Shown here: positions 8,219-15,526 of the stretch, one piece after another
How the letters are laid out: every line of letters starts with the position of its first letter
Numbering within the stretch: the stretch's first letter is position 1
Assembly (NCBI GenBank): GCA_043819135.1
Contig: JBDRFG010000031.1
Coordinates: forward strand, 1 to 16,439
From: Candidatus Eiseniibacteriota bacterium
GTDB lineage: Bacteria > Joyebacterota > Joyebacteria > Joyebacterales > Joyebacteraceae
Direction of reading: 5' to 3'
Length of the DNA stretch: 16,439 nucleotides
Position numbers and translations under genes: made by a program
Notes under the pieces: model-generated
The model's input: only the letters and a program-made list of their open reading frames with translations
What the model was told of the DNA's origin: nothing
Database searches by the model: none

Positions 8219-8244
8219 AGGCCCGGCGGAGATCCGCCGGGCCT
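8219..8244. terminator. Probable bidirectional terminator between the convergent pil operons
   Basis: 11-bp perfect stem AGGCCCGGCGG/CCGCCGGGCCT with a 4-nt loop. Only weak U-rich tails on either strand. Confidence 0.65.
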
Positions 8245-8322
8245 CGTTGTTGTCGTGCAATGCCTCACGCCGCCCCTTCTGGTGCGGCCGTCATGTCTCG
8301 CTTGTGTCAGCGGACGGTCGCC

Positions 8323-8877
8323 TCAGCTGACAATCGTTGTCACCGACACGTCGTCGCGGTGCGCACCCAAGGGCCACGCCAGGGTCACCACGACCTGCTT
8401 ATAGGTCGTGTCGTCGCTCACGCCCATGGGGTCTGTCCAGGTGACGGATGTCACCGCCCACGTCAGGTCCGCCAGGACATCGTTCGACGTGTCCGAGTCG
8501 CCGCGCGTTATGAGCGTTATGGCCGAGTTGACCGGGTGTGTCCCCGCGTCCATGTTGACGCTCGTGACGTCGGCGTCGCTGCCGGAGGCAGAGCCGCCGG
8601 CGGCAAGAAGCTGCTCGAGCTTGCGCTCAACGAGCCTCAGAGCGATCCGCTCCTCGGCACGATGAGCCACCAGGACCCTACCCCTCACGAAGGCGTCAAA
8701 CATCGGGGTCACGGCTATCGCCAGCACGACGACCGAGACGAGAACCTCGATAATCGTCATGCCTCTCTGCCCGCGAAGTCCGCGTGATGCGCGGGAGCCC
8801 CCGCGGCACTCGCGTCGCGGTGACAGTGCGTTCACGCAGCTGCGAAGCACTCTGCCGAACGGGTGGTGCGAACTCAT
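8323..8877 (-). CDS. Minor pilin, PilV/GspI-like
   Basis: Prepilin site GQRG|MTIIEVLVSVVVLAIA with Glu5, A..L...KLEQL and KQVVVTLAW. Perfect AGGAGGT SD before ATG 8877. Confidence 0.82.
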   Translation of the reverse strand: MSSHHPFGRVLRSCVNALSPRRECRGGSRASRGLRGQRGMTIIEVLVSVVVLAIAVTPMFDAFVRGRVLVAHRAEERIALRLVERKLEQLLAAGGSASGSDADVTSVNMDAGTHPVNSAITLITRGDSDTSNDVLADLTWAVTSVTWTDPMGVSDDTTYKQVVVTLAWPLGAHRDDVSVTTIVS

Positions 8878-8904
8878 CGTGATACCTCCTGCCTGCGTCC
8901 AGAC

Positions 8905-9423
8905 TCAGTTTCTGATTACGGCCGTTGACGATATGAACACGTTCTGGTCGTCGGTCGTCCGTTCGGGCGTACCGATGTCGCTACGCAGCCACACGTCGAT
9001 GTGCAGAGCGGTCCCTCCCTGAAGCGTGAACCGGATCGAGTCGATGTTCGCTGCTACGGTGGTCCCGTTGATGTCGATCAGGTTCCCGTTGCCGTCGAGG
9101 TTGTATCGGGCCGCCAAACTCTCGCCTGTCAACGTAGGATAGAAAACCTGAAGCGAGTCGCTGTTCACCCCGGGCCAGACGAGGATGCTGCTGGCGGGGC
9201 GTACGTTGTTCTGGATGGCCTCCATCCCGAGCGACGCCTCGCGCTGGATTTCGAGCAACGCGGCCGTGCCGTTCCAGGACCTGACGGTGCCCTCATACGC
9301 CACGGCTACGGCCATAATGACGACAATCGAGATTGCCGCGACGATCATGACCTCCGTGAGCGTGAAGCCGGACTGGCCCGCGAGCTGTCTGCCTGCGTTC
9401 GCACCGACTCGTGACGTTCTCAT
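8905..9423 (-). CDS. Minor pilin, PilW/GspJ-like
   Basis: GQSG|FTLTEVMIVAAISIVV with Glu5, EIQREASLGMEAIQNNVR helix and C-terminal STAVIRN. Start is ATG 9423 or 9435. Confidence 0.8.
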   Translation of the reverse strand: MRTSRVGANAGRQLAGQSGFTLTEVMIVAAISIVVIMAVAVAYEGTVRSWNGTAALLEIQREASLGMEAIQNNVRPASSILVWPGVNSDSLQVFYPTLTGESLAARYNLDGNGNLIDINGTTVAANIDSIRFTLQGGTALHIDVWLRSDIGTPERTTDDQNVFISSTAVIRN

Positions 9424-9444
9424 GCCGGTTACCATCCTCTCGGT

Positions 9445-10842
9445 CTACCCCTGCTCTTCGAGGTTGACAGGGGTTATCTCTCTCCATGCGAGCCTCTCGA
9501 GCTCGCCGCTTCCGAACACGATATACTCGTAGCCTGGCGGCAGCATGGTCCTGAGCCGCCAGTCGTAATGAATATCCCGCTCGTAGCCCGTGAGCACGAC
9601 GAAACTGCCCCCCGCGTCGTAGTAGCCGGTGCCGGTGGGGCCCCACTTGTCCTGTGCCATTCCGCCGTAGATCGTCAGGGTGCCGCGTGGCACGCCCAGC
9701 TGGTAGTGCTCTACGAGAGACGCCTGATTGGCGACCGCGATCATGTGGGCGTGGATCACGCAGTCAGTGCCGTTCGGTACGTTGTCATCGACTCTGAGCT
9801 TCGATCCCGCGATCAGGCCGAGGATATCGTCGCAGCCCGGCCTCGGGCCGTTGGCGTCGCTGTCCGCGTACGTGATGTCGTCGACTATGCTCATGATGCC
9901 GTTGCTGGCCAGTGTCACCTGACCGTCGACTATGCCCGACACGTTGATCTGCCCGCCTCCGTAGATGATGCCGTTGAAGCTGCTGATTAGGACGTCCGTC
10001 CAGTTGTCCTGCCCTTCCTTGGAGTAGCTGACGTAGCCGAGCATGGGACCGCTGCCGGCGTCGCGTCCGAAGACAACGTCATTATTGCCGTTGAGTGTGA
10101 TGTCCGCCAGGTTCTTTATGATGTGCAGGTCGGTCTGGCCGAGCCACGGCATCGGCGCGACGCCCAGCTCACAACCGGCCTGGAAGTCGGGTTCGTCGTG
10201 GGGCGGGTTGCTGAGCGCCGTGAGGCTGACCGGACTCCAGTCGTTGTGGTAGTTGATCGTGCTCTCCGCGCTCTGGACCTTGCTCGTGAAGACCGGATCA
10301 CCCCAGATGGAGATTTCGCCGTTGACACGTATCGGACCGTCTACCGTCTCTCCGGTGCGGAAGTACCCCGGCCCTCCGAACCCGTTGTCTCTGTTCGTGT
10401 AGTAGAGGTAATCCGTGAACGCCGTCGTTATGACGTCCACCTCGAGCGCGCGCGAGCGGCCGTCGACCGTCGCGTAGGACGTGATCGTGTAGAACGTCCG
10501 CGTCGTTGAGTAGTCAGGCGCAACGGCCACGTGGTACAGCCCGTCGGCGAACGGCTCCGCCACGTCACTGAACGGGGTCACGGCCGCCGTCGGGAGACTC
10601 GACTGAGCCGCCAGCCAGGCCTCGCCCCTCTGCGCGCCTGCTTCCGCGTTGTAGAACGCCTGCGAGGCCCTCAGATCGCGCACGGCCAGCGCGGCGTCCT
10701 GGGCCCCCAGCTCCATCACGGCCATGGCGCTGATGAGCATGACGATCGAGATTATTATCACGGTCACAAGCGCGGATCCGGACTCGTTCACTGCAATTGG
10801 CGCCCTGCGCCCCCGAATCCTCTTATGGAGTGTCTTAGTCAT
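9445..10842 (-). CDS. Large PilX/GspK-like minor pilin, copy 1 (C-terminal domain resembles DUF4900-type proteins from memory)
   Basis: NESG|SALVTVIII without Glu5 and QAFYNAEAG (PilX N-terminal signature), followed by a ~330-aa beta-rich domain (FTDYLYYTN, DGPIRVN, GTLTIYGGMAQ, TGYERDIHYDWRL). AGGAG SD. Confidence 0.82.
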   Translation of the reverse strand: MTKTLHKRIRGRRAPIAVNESGSALVTVIIISIVMLISAMAVMELGAQDAALAVRDLRASQAFYNAEAGAQRGEAWLAAQSSLPTAAVTPFSDVAEPFADGLYHVAVAPDYSTTRTFYTITSYATVDGRSRALEVDVITTAFTDYLYYTNRDNGFGGPGYFRTGETVDGPIRVNGEISIWGDPVFTSKVQSAESTINYHNDWSPVSLTALSNPPHDEPDFQAGCELGVAPMPWLGQTDLHIIKNLADITLNGNNDVVFGRDAGSGPMLGYVSYSKEGQDNWTDVLISSFNGIIYGGGQINVSGIVDGQVTLASNGIMSIVDDITYADSDANGPRPGCDDILGLIAGSKLRVDDNVPNGTDCVIHAHMIAVANQASLVEHYQLGVPRGTLTIYGGMAQDKWGPTGTGYYDAGGSFVVLTGYERDIHYDWRLRTMLPPGYEYIVFGSGELERLAWREITPVNLEEQG

Positions 10843-12190
10843 GCCGGTCTCTCCTATCCCTGGGTCAGATCGACGGCCGCGATCTCACGCCATGCAAGCC
10901 TCTCGAGCTCGGTGCCTCCGAATATGATATACTCGTAGCCTGGCGGCAGAATGGTCCTGAGCCGCCAGTCGTAGTGAATATCCCGCTCGTAGCCCGTGAG
11001 CACGACGAAGTTGCCCTCCGCGTCGTAATAGCCCGTTCCCACGGGGCCCCATTTGTCCTGCGCCATTCCGCCGTAGATCGTCAGGGTGCCGCGCGGCACG
11101 CCCTGGTCGTAGTACTCTACGAGAGACGCCTGATTGGCGACCGCGATCATGTGGGCGTGGATCACGCAGTCAGTGCCGTTCGGTACGTTGTCAACGACTC
11201 TGAGCTTCGATCCGGCGATCAGGCCGAGGATGTCGTCGCAGCCCGGCCTCGGGCCATTGGCGTCGCTGTCCGCGTACGTGATGTCGTCGACTATGCTCAT
11301 GATGTCGTTGCTGGCCAGTGTCACCTGACCGTCGACGATGCCCGACACGGTGAACTGGCCACTTCCGTAGACGATGCCGTTGAAGCTGCTGATGAGCACG
11401 TCCGTCCAGCTGTTCTGTCCTTCCTGGGAGTAGCTGACGTAGCCGAGCATGGGACCGCTGCCGGCGTCGCGTCCGAATATGATGTCATGATTGCCGCCGA
11501 GTGAGATGCCCGCCATGTCCCTTATGGTGTGCAGGTCGGTCTGGTCGAGCCACGGCATCGGCAGGACGCCCAGCTCACAACCAGCCTGGAAGTCGGGTTC
11601 GTCGTGGGGCGGGTTGCTGAGCGCCGTGAGGTTGACCGGACTCCAGTCGTTGTGGTAGAGAATCGTGCTCTCCGCGCTCTGGACCTTGTCCAGGAAGACC
11701 GGATCACCCCAAATGGCGATTTCCGTGTTGACACGTATTGGACCGTCTACCGTGTCTCCGGTGCGGAAGTACCCCGGCCCTCCGAATCCCTGGTCGCTGT
11801 TCGTGTAGTAGAGGTAGTCCGTGAACGCCGTCGGAGTCACATCCACCTCGAGCGCGCGCGACCGGCCTTGGACCGTCGCGTAGGATGTGATCGTGTAGAA
11901 CGTCCGCGACGTTGAGTAGTCGGGCGTAACGGTCACGTGGTACAGCCCGTCGGCGAACGGCTCCGCCGTGCCGCTGAACGGGGTCACGGCCGCCGTCGGA
12001 TAGCTGGACTGAGCCACCAGCCACGCCTCGCCACGCTCTGCCCCAGCCTCCGCGGCGTAGAACGCCTCGGACACCCTGACGTCCCGCATCGCGAGCACGG
12101 CATCCTGAGCGCCCAGCTGCAGGACGGCCATGGCGCCTATCAACATGACTACTGTGACCACGAGCACGATCACGAGGGCCGAGCCCGACT
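9480..12190. repeat. Tandem gene-length direct repeat, period 1406 bp
   Basis: The offset of 1406 holds at the three points checked (9485/10891, 9721/11127, 10771/12177). One exact 79-nt tract: 9709-9787 = 11115-11193. Confidence 0.95.
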
Positions 12191-12218
12191 GCGTGCCTGT
12201 GCACCCTGTTGTTTTCAC
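10854..12218 (-). CDS. Large PilX/GspK-like minor pilin, copy 2
   Basis: TQSG|SALVIVLVV and EAFYAAEAG; ~84% aa identical to copy 1 by hand count. Start placed at GTG 12218 (AGGAG 7 nt upstream) rather than 12302. Confidence 0.82.
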   Translation of the reverse strand: MKTTGCTGTQSGSALVIVLVVTVVMLIGAMAVLQLGAQDAVLAMRDVRVSEAFYAAEAGAERGEAWLVAQSSYPTAAVTPFSGTAEPFADGLYHVTVTPDYSTSRTFYTITSYATVQGRSRALEVDVTPTAFTDYLYYTNSDQGFGGPGYFRTGDTVDGPIRVNTEIAIWGDPVFLDKVQSAESTILYHNDWSPVNLTALSNPPHDEPDFQAGCELGVLPMPWLDQTDLHTIRDMAGISLGGNHDIIFGRDAGSGPMLGYVSYSQEGQNSWTDVLISSFNGIVYGSGQFTVSGIVDGQVTLASNDIMSIVDDITYADSDANGPRPGCDDILGLIAGSKLRVVDNVPNGTDCVIHAHMIAVANQASLVEYYDQGVPRGTLTIYGGMAQDKWGPVGTGYYDAEGNFVVLTGYERDIHYDWRLRTILPPGYEYIIFGGTELERLAWREIAAVDLTQG

Positions 12219-12328
12219 GGTGATTCTCCTCGTCTCGTTCCCGATGGCCGCACTGGTCGATTCCTCGCGCGCACACTCCAACCCTCTATAGGATGGCGGC
12301 ATTGCATGGAGTGTCGCTCAGTATGCAA

Positions 12329-12344
12329 TGCATAGAGCATGCCA
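12329..12344 (-). promoter_or_regulatory. Candidate sigma54 (-24/-12) promoter for the minor-pilin operon
   Basis: Minus strand reads TGGCAT-GCTCT-ATGCA, matching TGGCAC-N5-TTGCW with exact GG-N10-GC spacing, about 110 nt upstream of the first gene. Confidence 0.65.
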
Positions 12345-12543
12345 TCGCGCGAGTATTTCCGCGTGTCACGAGAGGAGATAACTGGCGGGTCAGAGGCAGG
12401 TTACGGCTGCTCCAGAGGAGGGCGGAGGGCCGCAACAATCGGCCGCCAATTTGTCGTGCATGCTGCATGTGGGTGGTTCCATCTGTGCAACGCGGCAGGG
12501 TATCGTTTGTTGCAGCATTCGCCCACAGAGCCCGTACAGCGAG

Positions 12544-12567
12544 GCGCCCGCCTGAATAGGCGGGCGC
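12544..12567 (-). terminator. Hairpin downstream of the XRE pair
   Basis: 10-bp perfect stem GCGCCCGCCT/AGGCGGGCGC with a 4-nt loop, about 50 nt after the TAA. No U-tract. Confidence 0.5.
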
Positions 12568-12615
12568 GGGGGGGCGATACAAAGACAGAACACCAACGTG
12601 AATAACGAGTCAGTA

Positions 12616-13185
12616 TTACCAGCCCCTGCGTCCAGGGCAGGATACGAAGCCGATCATCTCGCACTTATCATCGCCGAGGGTCTCGGCAATGCACCCGTCC
12701 TCCAGAGTGAACTGGATGGTGTCGCCGTCTCTCAGGACGTACGACTCGTCTCTTACCGTGTATCGCACCATGCCGTGGATGCAGTGCACCACCACTTCGC
12801 CGAGCGCCGGCGGCCTGTCGATTCTGTCCCCGGGCTCAGTAACTCTCCTGATGACGTTCAGAGTTCCCCAGGGAACGTCTGCGCTCAGCCGCTCCACGCT
12901 CACGGCGCGGTTGCCCGCGTCGCACTTGTACTCGGTCGTTCTGTCCTTTCGACGGACCACGACCGCGAGTGGTGACGATTGGTCCTCGACGAAGTGCGCG
13001 GGTCTCTCCTCCAGTGCGGAGGCTATGCGTTGCAGGGCACCGATGGTGGGGGAGGTCTTGCCCCGCTCGATCTCGGAGATGTGCGTCGCGGACATTCCGG
13101 ACCGTAAGGCGACTTCCTTCAGAGTCATGTCGCGCCTGAAGCGCGCCAGCCTGACCCTCTGTCCGACTTCCTGTTTTGTTGGCAT
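12616..13185 (-). CDS. XRE-family HTH + cupin transcriptional regulator (PuuR/SutR-like), copy 1
   Basis: GQRVRLAR..MTLKEVA..SGMSATHISEIERGKTSPTIGALQRIASAL HTH and cupin GEVVVHCIHG..YVLRDGDTIQF. AGGAGG/GAGG SD. Confidence 0.9.
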   Translation of the reverse strand: MPTKQEVGQRVRLARFRRDMTLKEVALRSGMSATHISEIERGKTSPTIGALQRIASALEERPAHFVEDQSSPLAVVVRRKDRTTEYKCDAGNRAVSVERLSADVPWGTLNVIRRVTEPGDRIDRPPALGEVVVHCIHGMVRYTVRDESYVLRDGDTIQFTLEDGCIAETLGDDKCEMIGFVSCPGRRGW

Positions 13186-13305
13186 GCGTCTGTTCCTCTC
13201 CTCCTGCGGGTTCCGCTCCTACGCGAGCGGGCTGACGGGTGCCGTCACCTTTTCCGGTGAATTCATAGGCTGTGGCCCGTCCGAGTAGTGTCTCTGTGGT
13301 CGCTG

Positions 13306-13875
13306 TCAGATAGGCAGCAGAGTCGGAGCGGTTAGCACGGCGATCGACTCGCACTCCTCGTCGCCGATGTTCTCAGACACGTAGCCCTCATCCAGACGGA
13401 GCTGGATGGTGTCTCCCTCTCTCAGGACGTGCGACTGACCCATCGCGGATATCCTCATCATCCCGGCCACGCACAGCACCACGGCCTCGCCGATCCGCGG
13501 TGCACCGTGGAGAGCAGCGCCCGGCTCGGTGTGGTCTCCGATGACCTGCATGTACCCGCCGGGGATGCCACCACTAACGATCTCGGCCTTGATCGGCACG
13601 CCCTTGGCATCGGTACTGAAGTACTCGCACCTTTCTGAGGCTCGAGTCAGTTTGACCCGCGGCAGGTCGTCCTCCTGCACGAAGTAGGAGGTCTTCTCAC
13701 CTAGGGCCTCGGTTATCCGCTGGAGCGCGCCGATGGTCGGCGAGGTCTTGCCACGCTCCACCTCTGAAATGTGCGTCGCGGACATGCCGCACTTTGCGGC
13801 CACTTCCTTGAGAGTCATGTCGCGCTCGAATCTCGCGACCCTCAGTCTGCGTCCCAGTTCAGCTTTGGTCGGCAT
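13306..13875 (-). CDS. XRE-family HTH + cupin transcriptional regulator, copy 2
   Basis: Same architecture. Starting at ATG 13875 gives the same MPTK N-terminus and the same 189-aa length as copy 1. Confidence 0.9.
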   Translation of the reverse strand: MPTKAELGRRLRVARFERDMTLKEVAAKCGMSATHISEVERGKTSPTIGALQRITEALGEKTSYFVQEDDLPRVKLTRASERCEYFSTDAKGVPIKAEIVSGGIPGGYMQVIGDHTEPGAALHGAPRIGEAVVLCVAGMMRISAMGQSHVLREGDTIQLRLDEGYVSENIGDEECESIAVLTAPTLLPI

Positions 13876-14011
13876 TGTTGACCTGCGTCCTTTCTCTGCG
13901 CGTCCTGATGAACGCTGATGCAAAGGGATGTGCGTTGTTGACCGGTGCGATAGCCTCTTTATTGCGATGCCGCTTGAACACTTGGGTTCCATTCAAGCTT
14001 TCAACACTCAT

Positions 14012-14040
14012 AACGTAATAAAGGAATACGGTCAAGTCAA
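14012..14040 (-). promoter_or_regulatory. Candidate sigma70 promoter for the XRE genes
   Basis: Minus strand TTGACT-17 nt-TACGTT in an AT-rich intergenic patch. Confidence 0.5.
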
Positions 14041-14147
14041 TAGTTTCACCGGAATTCATGTGCTGGTTTGTGTGAACCCTGATTGGTTGAGAGAGTGCAG
14101 GGCTGGTCGTGTGGCGGCAGAGCTCTCCCAAGGCCGCCATCTGATGG

Positions 14148-14177
14148 TTGACACGGGCGATGCAAGATTGATAGATT
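14148..14177 (+). promoter_or_regulatory. Candidate sigma70 promoter for the aminotransferase
   Basis: TTGACA (14148-14153), 18-nt spacer, extended -10 TGn-TAGATT (14172-14177). Confidence 0.6.
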
Positions 14178-14272
14178 CGACAGTTGCCTGATATCTGCAC
14201 CCTGCAGCCACTGTCGTCGCCGGGCACGCGCCTCGCATCCGCGACGGCGACCGTCCTTCCCTGGGAGGGGAC

Positions 14273-15526
14273 ATGATCAGCGATCTGAACGAAGTATTCT
14301 CGACGAACGCGAAGCACATGAAGAAATCCGTCATCCGGGAGCTCCTGAAGCTGACTCGGAGGCCCGAGGTGATCTCTTTCGCCGGCGGGCTGCCGGATCC
14401 GGCGGCGTTCCCCGTCGAGGAGGTTGCGGAGATCACGGCGCACGTGCTCAGGACGCAGGGCGCCACCGCGCTTCAGTACGGCCCGACCGAGGGAGACCCC
14501 AGGCTCAAGGAAGAGCTGATCGCGCACCACGAGCGCGAGGACGGCATGCAACTCAAGCCGGAGAACATCCTGATCACCGTGGCGTCGCAGCAGGGGCTGG
14601 ACCTCACGGCGAAGGTGTTCATCAATCGGGACGACCACGTAATCGTCGGCCTTCCGACATACGTGGGCGGTCTCGGCGCGTTCACGAGCTACGGCGCGCG
14701 CATGATCGGCATCGAGCTGGACGATGATGGGATGAGGATGGACCTACTTGAGAGTGAGCTCGAGCGCATGCGCAAGAAGCGACAGAAGCCGAAGTTCATC
14801 TACGTCGTGCCGGATTTCCAGAACCCCGCGGGGATAACGATGAGCGAGGCGCGACGCCGCACCCTCATCGATCTGGCGCACAAGTACGACGTGCTCATCA
14901 TCGAGGACAGCCCCTACAAGGAGCTGCGCTTCGAGGGGGAGTCGCAGAAGTCCATATTCGCGATGGACGGGACGGGTCACGTCATCGGCCTGCACACGTT
15001 CTCGAAGATCCTGTTCCCGGGCATGAGGCTTGGCTGGGTCATAGGAGACGAGGCCGTCATTCAGAAGATGGTCATCGCGAAGCAGGCGACGGACCTCTGC
15101 ACGCCGCCGTTCAATCAGGCCATCATCGCCGAGTTCGCGGCGCGCGGTCTCCTCAGCAAGGTCATCGACAAGGTCAAAGGTATCTATCGCGAGAAGAGAG
15201 ACCTGATGCTCTCCGCACTGGACGAGTACATGCCCGACCTTCCGGGGCTGTCATGGACGCGTCCAGAGGGTGGCCTCTTCCTGTGGGTCAGGCTGCCGGA
15301 GAGCGTCGATGCCGAGCAACTCTTCTACGAGGCGCTCGAGCAGGACGTGGCCTTCGTCGTCGGTACCGCTTTCCACTGCGACGGCGGCGGCAAGAACGCC
15401 ATGAGGCTCAACTTCTCCTACCCGACGAAGGAGAACATCGTTGAGGGTGTGAGGCGGCTGGCGAACGTGATAGAGAAGCACAAGACCGCGACGAAGAACG
15501 GCAGGAACATGGCGATATCGCCCTGA
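14273..15526 (+). CDS. PLP-dependent class I aminotransferase (LysN/ARO8-like, 2-aminoadipate/aromatic type)
   Basis: SVIRELLK, ISFAGGLP, ALQYGPTEG, PDFQNPAG, IIEDSPY, PLP-lysine motif TFSKILFPGMRLGW, PEGGLFLW, RLNFS. GGAGG SD. Confidence 0.93.
   Translation: MISDLNEVFSTNAKHMKKSVIRELLKLTRRPEVISFAGGLPDPAAFPVEEVAEITAHVLRTQGATALQYGPTEGDPRLKEELIAHHEREDGMQLKPENILITVASQQGLDLTAKVFINRDDHVIVGLPTYVGGLGAFTSYGARMIGIELDDDGMRMDLLESELERMRKKRQKPKFIYVVPDFQNPAGITMSEARRRTLIDLAHKYDVLIIEDSPYKELRFEGESQKSIFAMDGTGHVIGLHTFSKILFPGMRLGWVIGDEAVIQKMVIAKQATDLCTPPFNQAIIAEFAARGLLSKVIDKVKGIYREKRDLMLSALDEYMPDLPGLSWTRPEGGLFLWVRLPESVDAEQLFYEALEQDVAFVVGTAFHCDGGGKNAMRLNFSYPTKENIVEGVRRLANVIEKHKTATKNGRNMAISP

Noticed and set aside
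9445..12218. PilX pair as a diversity-generating retroelement template/variable repeat
   Set aside because: Differences checked are not adenine-specific (e.g. CAC TAC CAG CTG vs TAC TAC GAC CAG), both copies are full genes, and no reverse transcriptase is in the window.
12219..12302. ORF-track N-terminal extensions (12302 for PilX copy 2; likewise 13992 for XRE copy 2 and 2437 for pilin 2)
   Set aside because: SD positions and paralogue alignment support the shorter starts at 12218, 13875 and 2446.
12286..12605. Small ORFs between the PilX operon and the XRE genes
   Set aside because: No recognisable motifs, and they overlap the candidate sigma54 promoter and hairpin. The region is better read as regulatory.
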